64,000 bases of DNA from Polyangiaceae bacterium (GTDB lineage: Bacteria; Myxococcota_A; Polyangia; Polyangiales; Polyangiaceae). The translations under genes were made by a program, and so were the position numbers. Under the pieces are notes generated by a model, which saw only the letters and a program-made list of their open reading frames with translations, was not told where the DNA came from and ran no database searches. Positions within the stretch are counted from its first letter, which is position 1. Each line of letters starts with the position of its first letter. Shown piece by piece: positions 10,261 to 20,060 of the stretch. The stretch covers positions 1 through 64,000 of the forward strand of contig JBILLK010000003.1 in assembly GCA_044376115.1 (NCBI GenBank), in the 5' to 3' direction.

Positions 10261-10278
10261 GTAACCGGGCGTAACCGG
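10261..10278. promoter_or_regulatory. Tandem direct repeat GTAACCGG-N2-GTAACCGG, candidate winged-helix regulator site
   Basis: Exact 8-mer repeated at 10-bp period in the divergent intergenic region next to a wHTH regulator gene. Confidence 0.55.
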
Positions 10279-10346
10279 AGGTGCCTGTAGGCCGGAAGTA
10301 AACCGTCTGGAGCGGGCCGAGGGAGCCTGCCTGAGGAGAAGGTCCA

Positions 10347-11141
10347 ATGTTCAATCGTATGGTTTGCGTAGTGCTCTTCGCCGTTTCCGCCATTGGTTGC
10401 TCCAAGACTCCGGAGAAAATTTGCGACCGGTTCGCGGAGCTGGAGGCCAAGAGCGGTAAGGAGAAGTCTCAAGAGGGCGAGCGAGCGAAATGCGTGCAGG
10501 ACCTGGCGAAGATGAAAGAGACCTCGCCGGAGGCCTACAACTGTGTGGCTGGCTGCGCCGACCAGTCGACGCAAGAGGCCGCCGCAGGCTGCACCTTCGC
10601 CTGCGTCCTCAGTGATCCCAAGCTGAAGGAGGCCGAGAAGAAGCAAGAAGATGCGGTCAACGACGCGAGCGCCGCTGGTTCAAAGGAGCTCGCGAAGGTC
10701 GTCGACCAGCCCGTCAAACCGATCAAAGGAAAGATGATGACCTTCGACGACAAGCCCTTCAGCTTCTCGCTCGCGCTGGCCGAAGGTTTCACCGAGGACG
10801 CGTCGATGGCCACCGACACGATTCGAAGCTGGGATGTAAAAATCCCCGGGCTCCTCACCGGGCCGAACGTGACGCTCATGCCCACGCTCGCCCCCGACTT
10901 CGAGCGCGACGTCAAGCAGGCGGCCGAGCTCAAGGAGACCGTCGTAAAGAAGGAGAAGACCGACAAGGGCCACGTCCTCATCACGGAGAACAAGGGCATG
11001 CTCAAGGCCGAGGTCGTGGTTACGGCAGGCGCGCGCGCGGTCTCGTGCAAAGCCTCACTTTACGACGAGACCGCGGCCCAACAGAAGGACAAGTACCTCC
11101 CGTGGCTCGAGAAGATGTGCCGCTCGCTCGCGGTCGAGTGA
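10347..11141 (+). CDS. Hypothetical lipoprotein with N-terminal Cys-rich helical module
   Basis: GAGGAG RBS; lipobox AIGC; Cys pattern C...C...CxxxC...CxxxC. Confidence 0.82.
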   Translation: MFNRMVCVVLFAVSAIGCSKTPEKICDRFAELEAKSGKEKSQEGERAKCVQDLAKMKETSPEAYNCVAGCADQSTQEAAAGCTFACVLSDPKLKEAEKKQEDAVNDASAAGSKELAKVVDQPVKPIKGKMMTFDDKPFSFSLALAEGFTEDASMATDTIRSWDVKIPGLLTGPNVTLMPTLAPDFERDVKQAAELKETVVKKEKTDKGHVLITENKGMLKAEVVVTAGARAVSCKASLYDETAAQQKDKYLPWLEKMCRSLAVE

Positions 11142-11222
11142 GCTTGAGACCCAGTGAAACGCGCTCGCGGCCTGCTGGGCGCACGCATGGAATGGGCCAT
11201 CAAGTCTGGTAGCCTTTTCGGC

Positions 11223-12182
11223 ATGCGCTTCCGAATGTGGGCAGTTCTCGTGAGCATCGCGAGCTCCGCTTGTAGTGCGACGCTTCGGGAGCATCTCGAT
11301 GCAGGGCGCTTCGAGGACGCCTGGGCCACGTCATGTCCCCGTAACGGAGACGAGAAGCCCAAGACTGCGCTGCAAGACAGGCTGAGGCTTCAGGCAGAGC
11401 TCGAGGCGCGCACGAGCTTCGAGCTCCGCGGTAAGGCGATCTCCGGTGCGGAGGCTAACGCAAGGCTCGGCGCCAAGGTTCTGCCGGATGATGTCGCGCT
11501 CGCTCAACTACGGGTCGACGTCTACGAGGCTCCTGGAAGCTACGTTGCCTTCGAGCCGCTCGGCTTGTCGACTCCGCAGGTCCTTGGTGCATGGCATGGT
11601 CAGGCCTTGTGGAAGCTCTCCGGGCTAGATCCTGGAAGCGCTCCAACCATCACCTTCAGCGCGGCTGGCCTCGCTCTGGACGCGTTGCTCGCTGTGACAA
11701 CGGGAGGGCTCAGTCTCATGGTGGACCCAAACTTCCGCAACGTGCAGAGGAGCGGTGAATATCGGGAAGGCAATGCTTCTCCCGCACAGACCCGCGCACT
11801 CCAAATGCTTGGTGAGCTCGACCACCCCCGGGTCGGAGACGGCGAGTTCGGGCGGAACCTCGACAACTTCGACACTCGGCTGTACGCGAACTGCGAGGCC
11901 TCGCTCGATCAGCCCTGCGAGTGGGTCGTCGTGCTCAGCCTCGAGCGCGGTCGGTCCACCGGACACATCGACACCCAACCGCTGATTGAGCTCGAGGCTC
12001 AGCCGGAGCAGCTCCGCTGGCGCTGGGCCTTCGATCACCCCGCGGAGTCGCACTGCCAGCTCGTGACCGAGACAGCCAGTAAGCTCCCGCCCGGCTCGTC
12101 GCTGGCGGAGCGTATCAACGCGCTGTTCAGCGAGGGGCCATTGCGCATGGGCAAAGCGGTCCACCACGGAACGACGCGATGA
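11223..12182 (+). CDS. Hypothetical lipoprotein, paralog of downstream gene
   Basis: Likely ATG at 11223 or 11235; lipobox SSAC; shares ANxRLG and LPPGxSLxE...GPL motifs with next ORF. Confidence 0.7.
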   Translation: MRFRMWAVLVSIASSACSATLREHLDAGRFEDAWATSCPRNGDEKPKTALQDRLRLQAELEARTSFELRGKAISGAEANARLGAKVLPDDVALAQLRVDVYEAPGSYVAFEPLGLSTPQVLGAWHGQALWKLSGLDPGSAPTITFSAAGLALDALLAVTTGGLSLMVDPNFRNVQRSGEYREGNASPAQTRALQMLGELDHPRVGDGEFGRNLDNFDTRLYANCEASLDQPCEWVVVLSLERGRSTGHIDTQPLIELEAQPEQLRWRWAFDHPAESHCQLVTETASKLPPGSSLAERINALFSEGPLRMGKAVHHGTTR

Positions 12183-12922
12183 GAAGCCTCACCCCCTTCG
12201 TCCTGTCGGTGGCGTTCATCGCATGTGCTGCGGCAGAACGGCCGACCCTGGAAGCTTTGGTCGCGCGCAAGCAATGGGTCGACGCATGCAAACGGCTCGG
12301 ATACGGCGATCGCATAGCTGACGACCGCGCTCGGAAAGATCGCACCCGGAAGCTCGGTGTTAACTACCGGACCACGATCGACCTCGTGCCCGAGACGCTC
12401 GACCGCGCCAATGAGCGGCTGGGCCGAAATCTTCTGCGAGGCGAAGTCACTGCCCTCGAGGTCTCGGCTTTTTCCGAAGGGCCCAGCGTTGGGAGCACGC
12501 GCATCGTGGTCAGTGCACGCTACGACGGGACGATGTGGAGGTCGCTTGGTACGCATCACGCTGACCGCGTGCTGTTGGCACGGCTATTCGGGAGCACGCC
12601 TGCGATCATGGACCAGCCGATAAGGAACGAGGAGCGCAGCGAGCTCTCGTCCGATGCAGCGCACCTCAGCGTCTCGAAGGCTGTCGAGCGCTGCGATTCC
12701 AACGCCAACCCTTGCAGGCAATGGTTTCCGCTCGCGCGCGTCGAGCCCTCGCTCGGTCCCGAGGAGCTCGTGATCGACCTCCACCTTTGGCTGAAGGGCC
12801 CCACCGGTAACTGCCGGATGGAGACGCAACGGAGCATCCCGCTCCCACCGGGTAATTCCCTCGACGAAAAGCTCGCCGCGCTCGCCGCCCGCGGACCGCT
12901 CGAGATCCGCTGGGATGAGTAG
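12179..12922 (+). CDS. Hypothetical lipoprotein, paralog of upstream gene
   Basis: ATGA overlap; lipobox FIAC; shared motifs with previous ORF. Confidence 0.75.
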   Translation: MRSLTPFVLSVAFIACAAAERPTLEALVARKQWVDACKRLGYGDRIADDRARKDRTRKLGVNYRTTIDLVPETLDRANERLGRNLLRGEVTALEVSAFSEGPSVGSTRIVVSARYDGTMWRSLGTHHADRVLLARLFGSTPAIMDQPIRNEERSELSSDAAHLSVSKAVERCDSNANPCRQWFPLARVEPSLGPEELVIDLHLWLKGPTGNCRMETQRSIPLPPGNSLDEKLAALAARGPLEIRWDE

Positions 12923-12927
12923 CGCCG

Positions 12928-13902
12928 CTAGCGCGCGTAGCAAGCCTCGGTACCCAGATAACGCTTGTGTCGCGCGTCGATCTCGGAGCGCAGCTCCGGC
13001 GTGAGCGGTTTGTTGGCCAAGGCCTCGTGCGCCTCGAGCAGGTGCTCGCTCGAGCCCGGCCCCACCAGTACTGAATCGACCTCGGCGTGGCTGGCTAAAA
13101 AGCCATAGGCGAGCTGCAGCAGGCTAAGCCCGTGAGCGGCCGCCAAGCTCGCATAATGCTTGGCCTCGGTGCGCAAGGTTTCGGTGAAGTAGCGTTGTTG
13201 GTACAGCCGATTACCGTCAAAGCGCGACCCGGCCTCGACGCTCTCCGCCAGCACCCCGCGCGCGGTCAAAAGGCCTCCGGCCAAGGGATTGTAGACCGTC
13301 GTGTGCAATTGGTACTTGGCCGCAAAGCGGAAGTACTCGAGGTCCAACTGCCGAATCAGCACGTTATAAAGCTGTTGAGACAAGGCCGGTGGCTCGAGCC
13401 CGAGCTTGCGACAAAGCTCGATCACCTCAAGGATCTGCCAAGAGGCAAAGTTGGATACGGCGAAGCGGCCAATTCGCTTGCGATTCAACAGCTCAGCCAC
13501 CGCCTCGAGCGTCTCTTCCAGCGGAGTCAGCGGATCCGGCATATGCAGGTAAAAAACGTCCACTCGCTCGCGGCCGAGTCGCTTGAGGCTCGCCTCTGCC
13601 GAACGGAGGACCTGCGCTTTGCTAAGCCCCTCCGACTTCCCTTTGATGCGGTCGGCTCCCACTTTGGTGGCTAAAATCACCTCCTCGGAGCGGCCTTTCA
13701 GCGCGCGACCAACGATGCTCTCCGACTGCCCACCACAATAGAGGTTGGCCGTGTCGATCACCCGCACGCCGCGCTCGAGCGCGAGGTGAATCAGCTTGAT
13801 GCTCTCGGCCTCGTTCGTCCGCTTGCCGAAGTTCATCGTACCGAGCGACAGCGCCGTGCCAGCCCCTGTTGCGCGCTTGGCGAACACCGAGTCCGCCATC
13901 AC
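12928..13902 (-). CDS. Aldo/keto reductase
   Basis: LSLGTMNFG, IDTANLY, LATK, SLKRL...DVFYLH, YNPLAGGLLT. Confidence 0.93.
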   Translation of the reverse strand: MMADSVFAKRATGAGTALSLGTMNFGKRTNEAESIKLIHLALERGVRVIDTANLYCGGQSESIVGRALKGRSEEVILATKVGADRIKGKSEGLSKAQVLRSAEASLKRLGRERVDVFYLHMPDPLTPLEETLEAVAELLNRKRIGRFAVSNFASWQILEVIELCRKLGLEPPALSQQLYNVLIRQLDLEYFRFAAKYQLHTTVYNPLAGGLLTARGVLAESVEAGSRFDGNRLYQQRYFTETLRTEAKHYASLAAAHGLSLLQLAYGFLASHAEVDSVLVGPGSSEHLLEAHEALANKPLTPELRSEIDARHKRYLGTEACYAR

Positions 13903-16900
13903 GAGCTCTTCCTAGTTCGGCGTGTGCGCCGCATCGCGACCATAGCGCTCGCGGCCAAGAGCCAAGCGAGGGCCGGTCGTTCGCTGGAAGCCGCGACGTC
14001 ACACGAACAGCCGCCGCCACTGGGGCTTATGCCGCTGTCCAGGTTACTACCACCCGCCCCGCCGCCGGCCTCGCCCCCAGCTCCGCCGCCGCCGGTATCA
14101 ACCACATTGCAACTCTGCGCATCGGGTATCAGCGTGGGGAACGGCGTTTCTACGATACCGGTGAAGCCAACGTCATCAAACTCCCAGCCGATCTCACTGG
14201 CGGCTTGGTCACTACCAATACGAAAGCGAAACTGCACCGTCTGGCCGGCGAGCGCCGTTCCAAAGTCTAGCGTCACTGGCAAAAGCTCCGGCCAATTCAG
14301 GCTCTCTCCGGCGTAGGCCTCGCGGTCGGATAGGGGGTTACCGGAGATGTTGCCCAAGGTCGCTATGTACTCAGGAGCCGAGTAATCCGCGACGTCCTCC
14401 CAGGTATCCCCGTCGTCCTTGCTAAGCTCAATTACGCCGCCATCCCAATAGATCAGGCTGTTCAGCTCGTTGGGGTCCTGCAAGCTCGCCTCAAAGCGGT
14501 AACGATGATTGAAGCTCATCGTCAGCGGCTCATCGCTTTTGATCGTTAGCGGAGGTGAGACCAACGCCGTATCCGAGACCGACGAGTAGTCGAGCCCGTG
14601 CCATAGCCGGTTACCGCCCTCCTCGGTATCGCGGGACCAAATCAGTTCACTGGCATCTCCGTCCCGTTTCCACTGCTCTTGGTCGCTCTCGAAGTCGTCG
14701 GTGGCCGAGGCCATCAGCGTGGTGTCGAAGCTGATCCGCGGGTGAGCCGTGTTCAGTACCATCGGGTTGCAGGAGGAAGGGTTCGCCACCGTGGTCACCA
14801 AATCGAGGAAGCGCGGTGCAGAGTCTCCGCTGACCTCCACCTCGAACTCGAGCTGCAAGGTGGCAAAGCCCTCCAACGTCTCGACCACCGTCTCGGCCCC
14901 GGCTGGAAAGCTGACGCCCGCCGAGTCCGAGCTGAGCGTGACGTTGGTAGCGAGCGCCGGAAGGTAGCCACGGTTGGCCAGGGTCACCGTGACTTTGCCA
15001 CGCTCCCCGACGTCCAGCGCGCCATCGTTGTCGCAGCTCTCCCCCGTATCATCGAGCTGTACGTCCACGATCGTAACGGCCGGAGCCACCTCGAAGCTCT
15101 CGATCACGCCCTCGTTGGTGAACGAGTCGTTGGGCGGAGAAACAGCGCACGAGCCTGCTCCACGACCCGCGAAGCCCTCGGCGATGATCAGCGCGTCGGC
15201 TGGGTCGGCTGCATACGCTGCTGCGATCAGCGCGTCTCGCTGCTCCGTGAAGGTGGGCTCGACCGGCGCGAGCTGCATACCGGTTACGACGTAATCAGCC
15301 ATACGCCGCCGAGCCTCCTCGAAGTCGTAACGAGGGTTGGGCTTAGCGCTCTCGGCGAGCAAATTCAGATAGCCATCGAAAAGCATCGAGGCCCAGACCT
15401 CGCCCGTCGCGTGCACCTCGGCATTGGGTACCCCGGTCAACGAGCCAGGGGCCGTCATCGGCAGCTCGGCGGAGTTCTGAATATGCGTGAAGGTGAGCGG
15501 GTTCTTGCTCGGGTCTTTGCTGTACGGAAAGCGTCGCGTGCCGAAGTACGCGGCGTCCTCATCGGAGACGGTCGCATAGACCGCGCTGGAGAAGGCGCCC
15601 TCCAAATTGTCCCCTTCGCGTACCGCCAACATCAAGGCGATGAAGTCGGCCCAGCCCTCACTCTCACCGCCACATTGATTGAGACCACAATCGACGAGGC
15701 GGTGATGCAGGTAGTGGCCCCACTCGTGAGCAACTACCAAGTTGTCGATCGTGCCGTCGGCTTGTGGGCCGGTGCTGCGCTGAAGCTGCGCCGTGGTGGG
15801 GCCATTCATAAGAGCGCTCTTGAGCGCGTTGCCGTCGGCTTGGCTAATCGACATGAGCGGGATTGCCACTGGTACGCCGTCGGAAGGTGGCATGAAGGGC
15901 GGTGAACCCGCTTGGTTGTTGGCGATCAAGACCCCAACGGCGCCAGCCGCCTCGGCCCGTACCGCCTTATCCTCGAACGAGCAGTCCCCACGGTCGATCA
16001 AGGCGATACGACCGCTCAGATCGTTCTGGATGGTCTCACAAGCGTTGCTCGGGGAAGCGGTGCCGTCGTTCACCAAGATCACCTCGGCGCTGAGGTCGAA
16101 CTGTTGCGGTCCGAAGCTGGCCCGATTGGTCTCCAAGGTCTGGGCCAAGCTATCCACGGTGAGCGAGCGACTCTCGGTACCGCGCCAAACGAACATCTGC
16201 ATACGCGGGCTGCTGCCATCCGCTGGGGTCGCCATGTTGGCGTTGTTGAGTGCGCCGTTGTCGTAAGCGTCTTGGCCCTCACAACGCAGACGGTCACCGT
16301 CTTCCCCGCCGCGCCCATAGTTGTCGAGCTGGGCGTTGCCGGCCGCCTCGGTGAAGCCGGAGTCGTACCAATAGTCGTGTAGCCAATTGGTGGTAAAAAA
16401 CAGCTGCGTGATCGCGGCCTCTTGTTGCTCCTGCGTGTCCAGCGGACCAAGCGTCGGATCGTAGTTGTGGTCGAACTCGAGCGGGCCGGTTAGCGTCGCG
16501 CGCACATCTCCGCCAGCCGAGCTATTCGAGTCATCGTGATCGGTATAAGCGTCGACGTTGTTACCGCGGGAGTCCACGGCGTCATCCGCCAACCACGGAT
16601 CGGCGAACTCATTGAAGCCGTCGATCTCGATCAGCGTGGAATTGACAAAAGGCGGATAGCTGCCGTCCGGGACGCCGGTGGGGTGGGGCGTGAAGTCAGC
16701 GATCGGGCCGTCGAGCGGGCGATTGTCCCCTCCAGCATCAGCGAATACCCGGTACTTAAACGCTATATCGCTGGTGAGGTTGCGACGCCCTAGCAGCGTG
16801 CCGTCTACGGCGTTCAAATAGAACGAATAGACATCTTCGTTGGCTCCCGGCGAGGCGGAGAAGGCCTCTACATAGTAAGCGGGTATCAGCTTGCGCGGCG

Positions 16901-17612
16901 TCGGATAGTAAACTTGGCGCACCCGCACCGGCCGCGAGAGTTGAAGGCCGGAGGCCGCGTGACCCGCTGCTAGCGAATACGATTGGTAATCACCCTTGCT
17001 CGCTCCCGGCACCTCTTGGAAGTCCTGCGCTGAGAGCGCGAGCCCACGGTGCGCCGATAACGTTAGTGCGATGGCCTGCTCGGCCGTGAGCTTGAAGCTC
17101 TCACGGCTCAGTGAGAGAGCAGCGTCGCCGCGCAGATTGCCGCTGATCGCGACCAGCGAGTGGTCGCGGCGCATCAGCACGCTGGTCTTCACTCCCACGA
17201 CCGGAATACCGCTAAGGCGCTGCTGCAGCGTCACCAAGATGCCGCCGCGGCCGGTGTCGTGTACGCGTTGCTCGGTCGCGCTCGCGAGCGCCGCCGCAGA
17301 AAGGCCGTACAGCGCAGCGTGATTGCGCAGGTGCAGTAGCGCTGCTTCTTCGCTGGAGACCGTGGCTGCGCCGTGGGGCGCGTCCAACATGCCCCAAACA
17401 AAGGAAGGCGCGCCGGTGCGAGCATCGGTATGCGCGACGCGTGAGGCGAGCGACTGCAACGCTTGGCTCACCGGCAAGGCGGCTCGCGCAGCGTTGGGGT
17501 CGGGGAAGGAGCGGTCGACGTTGGGAGGCGAGGCCAAAGACGGCCCACTCAAGGCGAACGAACTCGCGAGAACCAACGCAAAACTAAGCAGACCCGGTCG
17601 AACACGTCGCAT
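13899..17612 (-). CDS. M36 (fungalysin) family metallopeptidase with propeptide, PA domain and MYXO-CTERM tail
   Basis: HEWGH zinc motif, EGWADF, NNANMATPADGSSPRMQM, PA domain (IALIDRGDCSF..K..AEAAGA), C-terminal GGCSC-TM-RRxRR. Confidence 0.93.
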   Translation of the reverse strand: MRRVRPGLLSFALVLASSFALSGPSLASPPNVDRSFPDPNAARAALPVSQALQSLASRVAHTDARTGAPSFVWGMLDAPHGAATVSSEEAALLHLRNHAALYGLSAAALASATEQRVHDTGRGGILVTLQQRLSGIPVVGVKTSVLMRRDHSLVAISGNLRGDAALSLSRESFKLTAEQAIALTLSAHRGLALSAQDFQEVPGASKGDYQSYSLAAGHAASGLQLSRPVRVRQVYYPTPRKLIPAYYVEAFSASPGANEDVYSFYLNAVDGTLLGRRNLTSDIAFKYRVFADAGGDNRPLDGPIADFTPHPTGVPDGSYPPFVNSTLIEIDGFNEFADPWLADDAVDSRGNNVDAYTDHDDSNSSAGGDVRATLTGPLEFDHNYDPTLGPLDTQEQQEAAITQLFFTTNWLHDYWYDSGFTEAAGNAQLDNYGRGGEDGDRLRCEGQDAYDNGALNNANMATPADGSSPRMQMFVWRGTESRSLTVDSLAQTLETNRASFGPQQFDLSAEVILVNDGTASPSNACETIQNDLSGRIALIDRGDCSFEDKAVRAEAAGAVGVLIANNQAGSPPFMPPSDGVPVAIPLMSISQADGNALKSALMNGPTTAQLQRSTGPQADGTIDNLVVAHEWGHYLHHRLVDCGLNQCGGESEGWADFIALMLAVREGDNLEGAFSSAVYATVSDEDAAYFGTRRFPYSKDPSKNPLTFTHIQNSAELPMTAPGSLTGVPNAEVHATGEVWASMLFDGYLNLLAESAKPNPRYDFEEARRRMADYVVTGMQLAPVEPTFTEQRDALIAAAYAADPADALIIAEGFAGRGAGSCAVSPPNDSFTNEGVIESFEVAPAVTIVDVQLDDTGESCDNDGALDVGERGKVTVTLANRGYLPALATNVTLSSDSAGVSFPAGAETVVETLEGFATLQLEFEVEVSGDSAPRFLDLVTTVANPSSCNPMVLNTAHPRISFDTTLMASATDDFESDQEQWKRDGDASELIWSRDTEEGGNRLWHGLDYSSVSDTALVSPPLTIKSDEPLTMSFNHRYRFEASLQDPNELNSLIYWDGGVIELSKDDGDTWEDVADYSAPEYIATLGNISGNPLSDREAYAGESLNWPELLPVTLDFGTALAGQTVQFRFRIGSDQAASEIGWEFDDVGFTGIVETPFPTLIPDAQSCNVVDTGGGGAGGEAGGGAGGSNLDSGISPSGGGCSCDVAASSERPALAWLLAASAMVAMRRTRRTRKSS

Positions 17613-17699
17613 GAAGCGTACGCTAGCGCACTTCCTGAAGAGCTTCGTGAGCAGTCTTTGCCGCTTGCTCCCGTTGCGCGCCGCTCGTACGCGAACGAC

Positions 17700-18353
17700 A
17701 TGGGCGCTCTTCGCGGCAGTCAGACTTTCTCAAGATTCTTCGTCATCGGCGAGCTCGCGGATGACGAGCCTGCGGCTTTGCTGAAGCGGATCAAAACGCA
17801 GGTGTTCAAACCGCTCGATCCCGAGGAGGACCTGCCGGAGCGGCATGGCTGGGCCAACGTGATGGACCCTTTCGATCTCGAGCTCGATCACGAGAAGGTC
17901 TTCTTCAATGAGTACCTGACGCTCGGCTTCCGTCATGACCGATGGGCGATTCCAGGGCCGCTGCTCAAGTCCCAGCTGCGTGAGGCCGAGCAGAAGGTGC
18001 TCGAGAAAAAGGGCATCGAGAAGTTGGGCAAGCAAGCCAAGGCTGAGCTCAAAGCGATGGTGATCAAGAAGCTGCGTCGTCAGCTGCCGCCCGCCACCAA
18101 GAGCATCGACTTCGTGTGGAACCGCAATGAGGGCTTGGTGCTCTTCTACAGCCACGCCAAGCGCTTGCGTGAGCTCGTCCAGGAGATGTTCGAGAAGACC
18201 TTCAAGGTGCAGCTGCTGCTCGAGAGCCCAGGCACCGGCGCTGAACGCCAAGGCATGGATGCCGCCCATACGAAGGTATTCGCCAATCTCGAGATGACCT
18301 CGTTGGCCATGGCCGAAGGGCCTGCGCCGATGATTCAGAAGGAGCTGTCGTGA
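17700..18353 (+). CDS. RdgC-like protein, N-terminal half
   Basis: ATG at 17700; F.PL....GW, LGFRHDRWAIPGPLLK, K..K..LK......L...LPP, FEKTF resemble the RdgC N-terminal region. Confidence 0.7.
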   Translation: MGALRGSQTFSRFFVIGELADDEPAALLKRIKTQVFKPLDPEEDLPERHGWANVMDPFDLELDHEKVFFNEYLTLGFRHDRWAIPGPLLKSQLREAEQKVLEKKGIEKLGKQAKAELKAMVIKKLRRQLPPATKSIDFVWNRNEGLVLFYSHAKRLRELVQEMFEKTFKVQLLLESPGTGAERQGMDAAHTKVFANLEMTSLAMAEGPAPMIQKELS

Positions 18354-18919
18354 AAGATCTAGCCGGCTTGGTTGAGCTCAATCGCTTCGTTGGGCGCGAG
18401 TTCTTGCTTTGGCTCTGGTTCGAGAGCGAGATCTACGAGACCAACCTGCACCCTTCCAGCGCCGGGCCGATCGCGCTTTGGCTGGAGAGCCAGCTGACCT
18501 TGTCCGCGGAGGCCGAGGAAGCGCGCATCAAATCCGCGCAGCCGGGCATGGCGCCGGAGGCCAAACAAGGGCTGCGCCAAGGAAAGCTGCCGAAGACGGC
18601 CAAGCTGCGGGCGATCATCGGCGAGAATGAATACGAGTGGACGATGAAGGCCGACGAGATCGCGCTCTCGGGGCTCAAAGTTCCTGCGCAGCTCAAGGCC
18701 AAAGAGGACGCGTACGAGGCTTTGTACGAACGTATGATGCTCACCTCCGAGCTCGAGGCGCACCTCGAGGCACTGTTCCGTGACTTCATTGCGTTGCGTT
18801 TGCACGCCGCTTGGGAAGAGACGGTGGTGCCGGAGATGAAGCGGTGGGCGCGTAAGAAGGACGTGGATGAGGCCAATTACGCCCGCGTCAAAAAGCGCAT
18901 TGTCTCCCGCAGGAGCTGA
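18350..18919 (+). CDS. RdgC-like protein, C-terminal half
   Basis: GTGA overlap; GREFLLWLW and EAKQGLRQGKLP motifs resemble the RdgC C-terminal region. Confidence 0.62.
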   Translation: MKDLAGLVELNRFVGREFLLWLWFESEIYETNLHPSSAGPIALWLESQLTLSAEAEEARIKSAQPGMAPEAKQGLRQGKLPKTAKLRAIIGENEYEWTMKADEIALSGLKVPAQLKAKEDAYEALYERMMLTSELEAHLEALFRDFIALRLHAAWEETVVPEMKRWARKKDVDEANYARVKKRIVSRRS

Positions 18920-18968
18920 AGTCGAGCGGTCATTGCGCAGCCCAGCACAAGGCCGCTAACGTCCCAGC

Positions 18969-19760
18969 ATGCGTGGATTCCTGTTGGCGGTGGTTGCGTT
19001 CTCCTTGCTGGCCTGCAGTGAAAGCAAGCCGAAGAAGTCGAGCAGCGAGGATGACGACGATGATCGGCCGCGCAAGAGCAAGTCGGAGAAGGTGAAGTCC
19101 TCAGCGAGCGCGCTTGCATCGAGCGCGCCGCCCGCTGTTCCGGCTGCTGCAGCCTTCGTGCGCGAACGGCCGCAAGAAGCGGCTGGGGTGGACGCCTGCG
19201 CCTACCTCGGTGGCGCTGGCATGGCCTGCTTGGGCGCGCTGCGCGCTGAGCAAGACCCGATCAAGAGGCGCTACATGCGTCGCCTCACCGACGCCGACGC
19301 CCGTCAATCACTCGATGAAATGGCCAAAGGGGAACCGCGGGGTGTGGCCCACGGGGAGGTCGCCATGATGTGCGCCGAGACCGGCCCGTGTGGTGGCAAA
19401 GACGAGAACGGCAATGCGATGGATGACGGCTATTCCTGTCTGACCAAGGCGCAGGCGCTGGCCTACGAGAAAGACCCGAGCGCGGCTGCGGTGCACACGC
19501 GCGCCTGTCAGTGTGATGCGGTGGGCGCGCAAATCCCCGTGATGGGTGGCTATCTCGCTTGTGATGGGCCGGACAAGCCGGTGACCCGCGGCCAATCTCT
19601 CAGCAGCGAAGAGGCCAAGCAGATCCGTGACTGCGCCGAATGTTCGAAGGAGACCGGCGCCATCGCGTGCTCGCTCGAGATCGCGCGCCTCAGCGCCAGC
19701 GACCCCGAATTAGCTAATTATCTAAAAACCGTGCACGTGCCACGCTGCGGCCAGCCCTGA
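18969..19760 (+). CDS. Hypothetical Cys-rich lipoprotein
   Basis: Lipobox LLAC; Lys/Asp-rich tether; many Cys in the mature domain. Confidence 0.8.
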   Translation: MRGFLLAVVAFSLLACSESKPKKSSSEDDDDDRPRKSKSEKVKSSASALASSAPPAVPAAAAFVRERPQEAAGVDACAYLGGAGMACLGALRAEQDPIKRRYMRRLTDADARQSLDEMAKGEPRGVAHGEVAMMCAETGPCGGKDENGNAMDDGYSCLTKAQALAYEKDPSAAAVHTRACQCDAVGAQIPVMGGYLACDGPDKPVTRGQSLSSEEAKQIRDCAECSKETGAIACSLEIARLSASDPELANYLKTVHVPRCGQP

Positions 19761-19820
19761 ACCAGCCCCGAGCCGAGATCTTCGTGGGAACGGAGAGCCG
19801 CGCGTGTTGTCTCTGCCTGC

Positions 19821-20060
19821 GTGAAGCGACTGCTCTTGCCCCTGCTGCTGCTGCCTTTGCTGGCGTGTTCCCACCAAACGCAGTCAAACGGCGCGCTCGA
19901 ACCTTCGGCGCCGTTGAACTCCAGCGCAGTCGTGCAGGCCGAGGACAACGGCTACCAAGCGATGCCGGCCACGCAGGCCGGTGCTTGTCGCCCTCTGCCA
20001 ACCTGGGGGCTTTCGGGTCGGCGCGCGCCGAAGCCATTCCCCCGGAGCGGGATGCAGTGA
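19821..20060 (+). CDS. Short putative lipoprotein, possibly a frameshifted remnant
   Basis: Clear lipoprotein signal MKRLLLPLLLLPLLAC but ORF is only 79 aa. Confidence 0.4.
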   Translation: MKRLLLPLLLLPLLACSHQTQSNGALEPSAPLNSSAVVQAEDNGYQAMPATQAGACRPLPTWGLSGRRAPKPFPRSGMQ

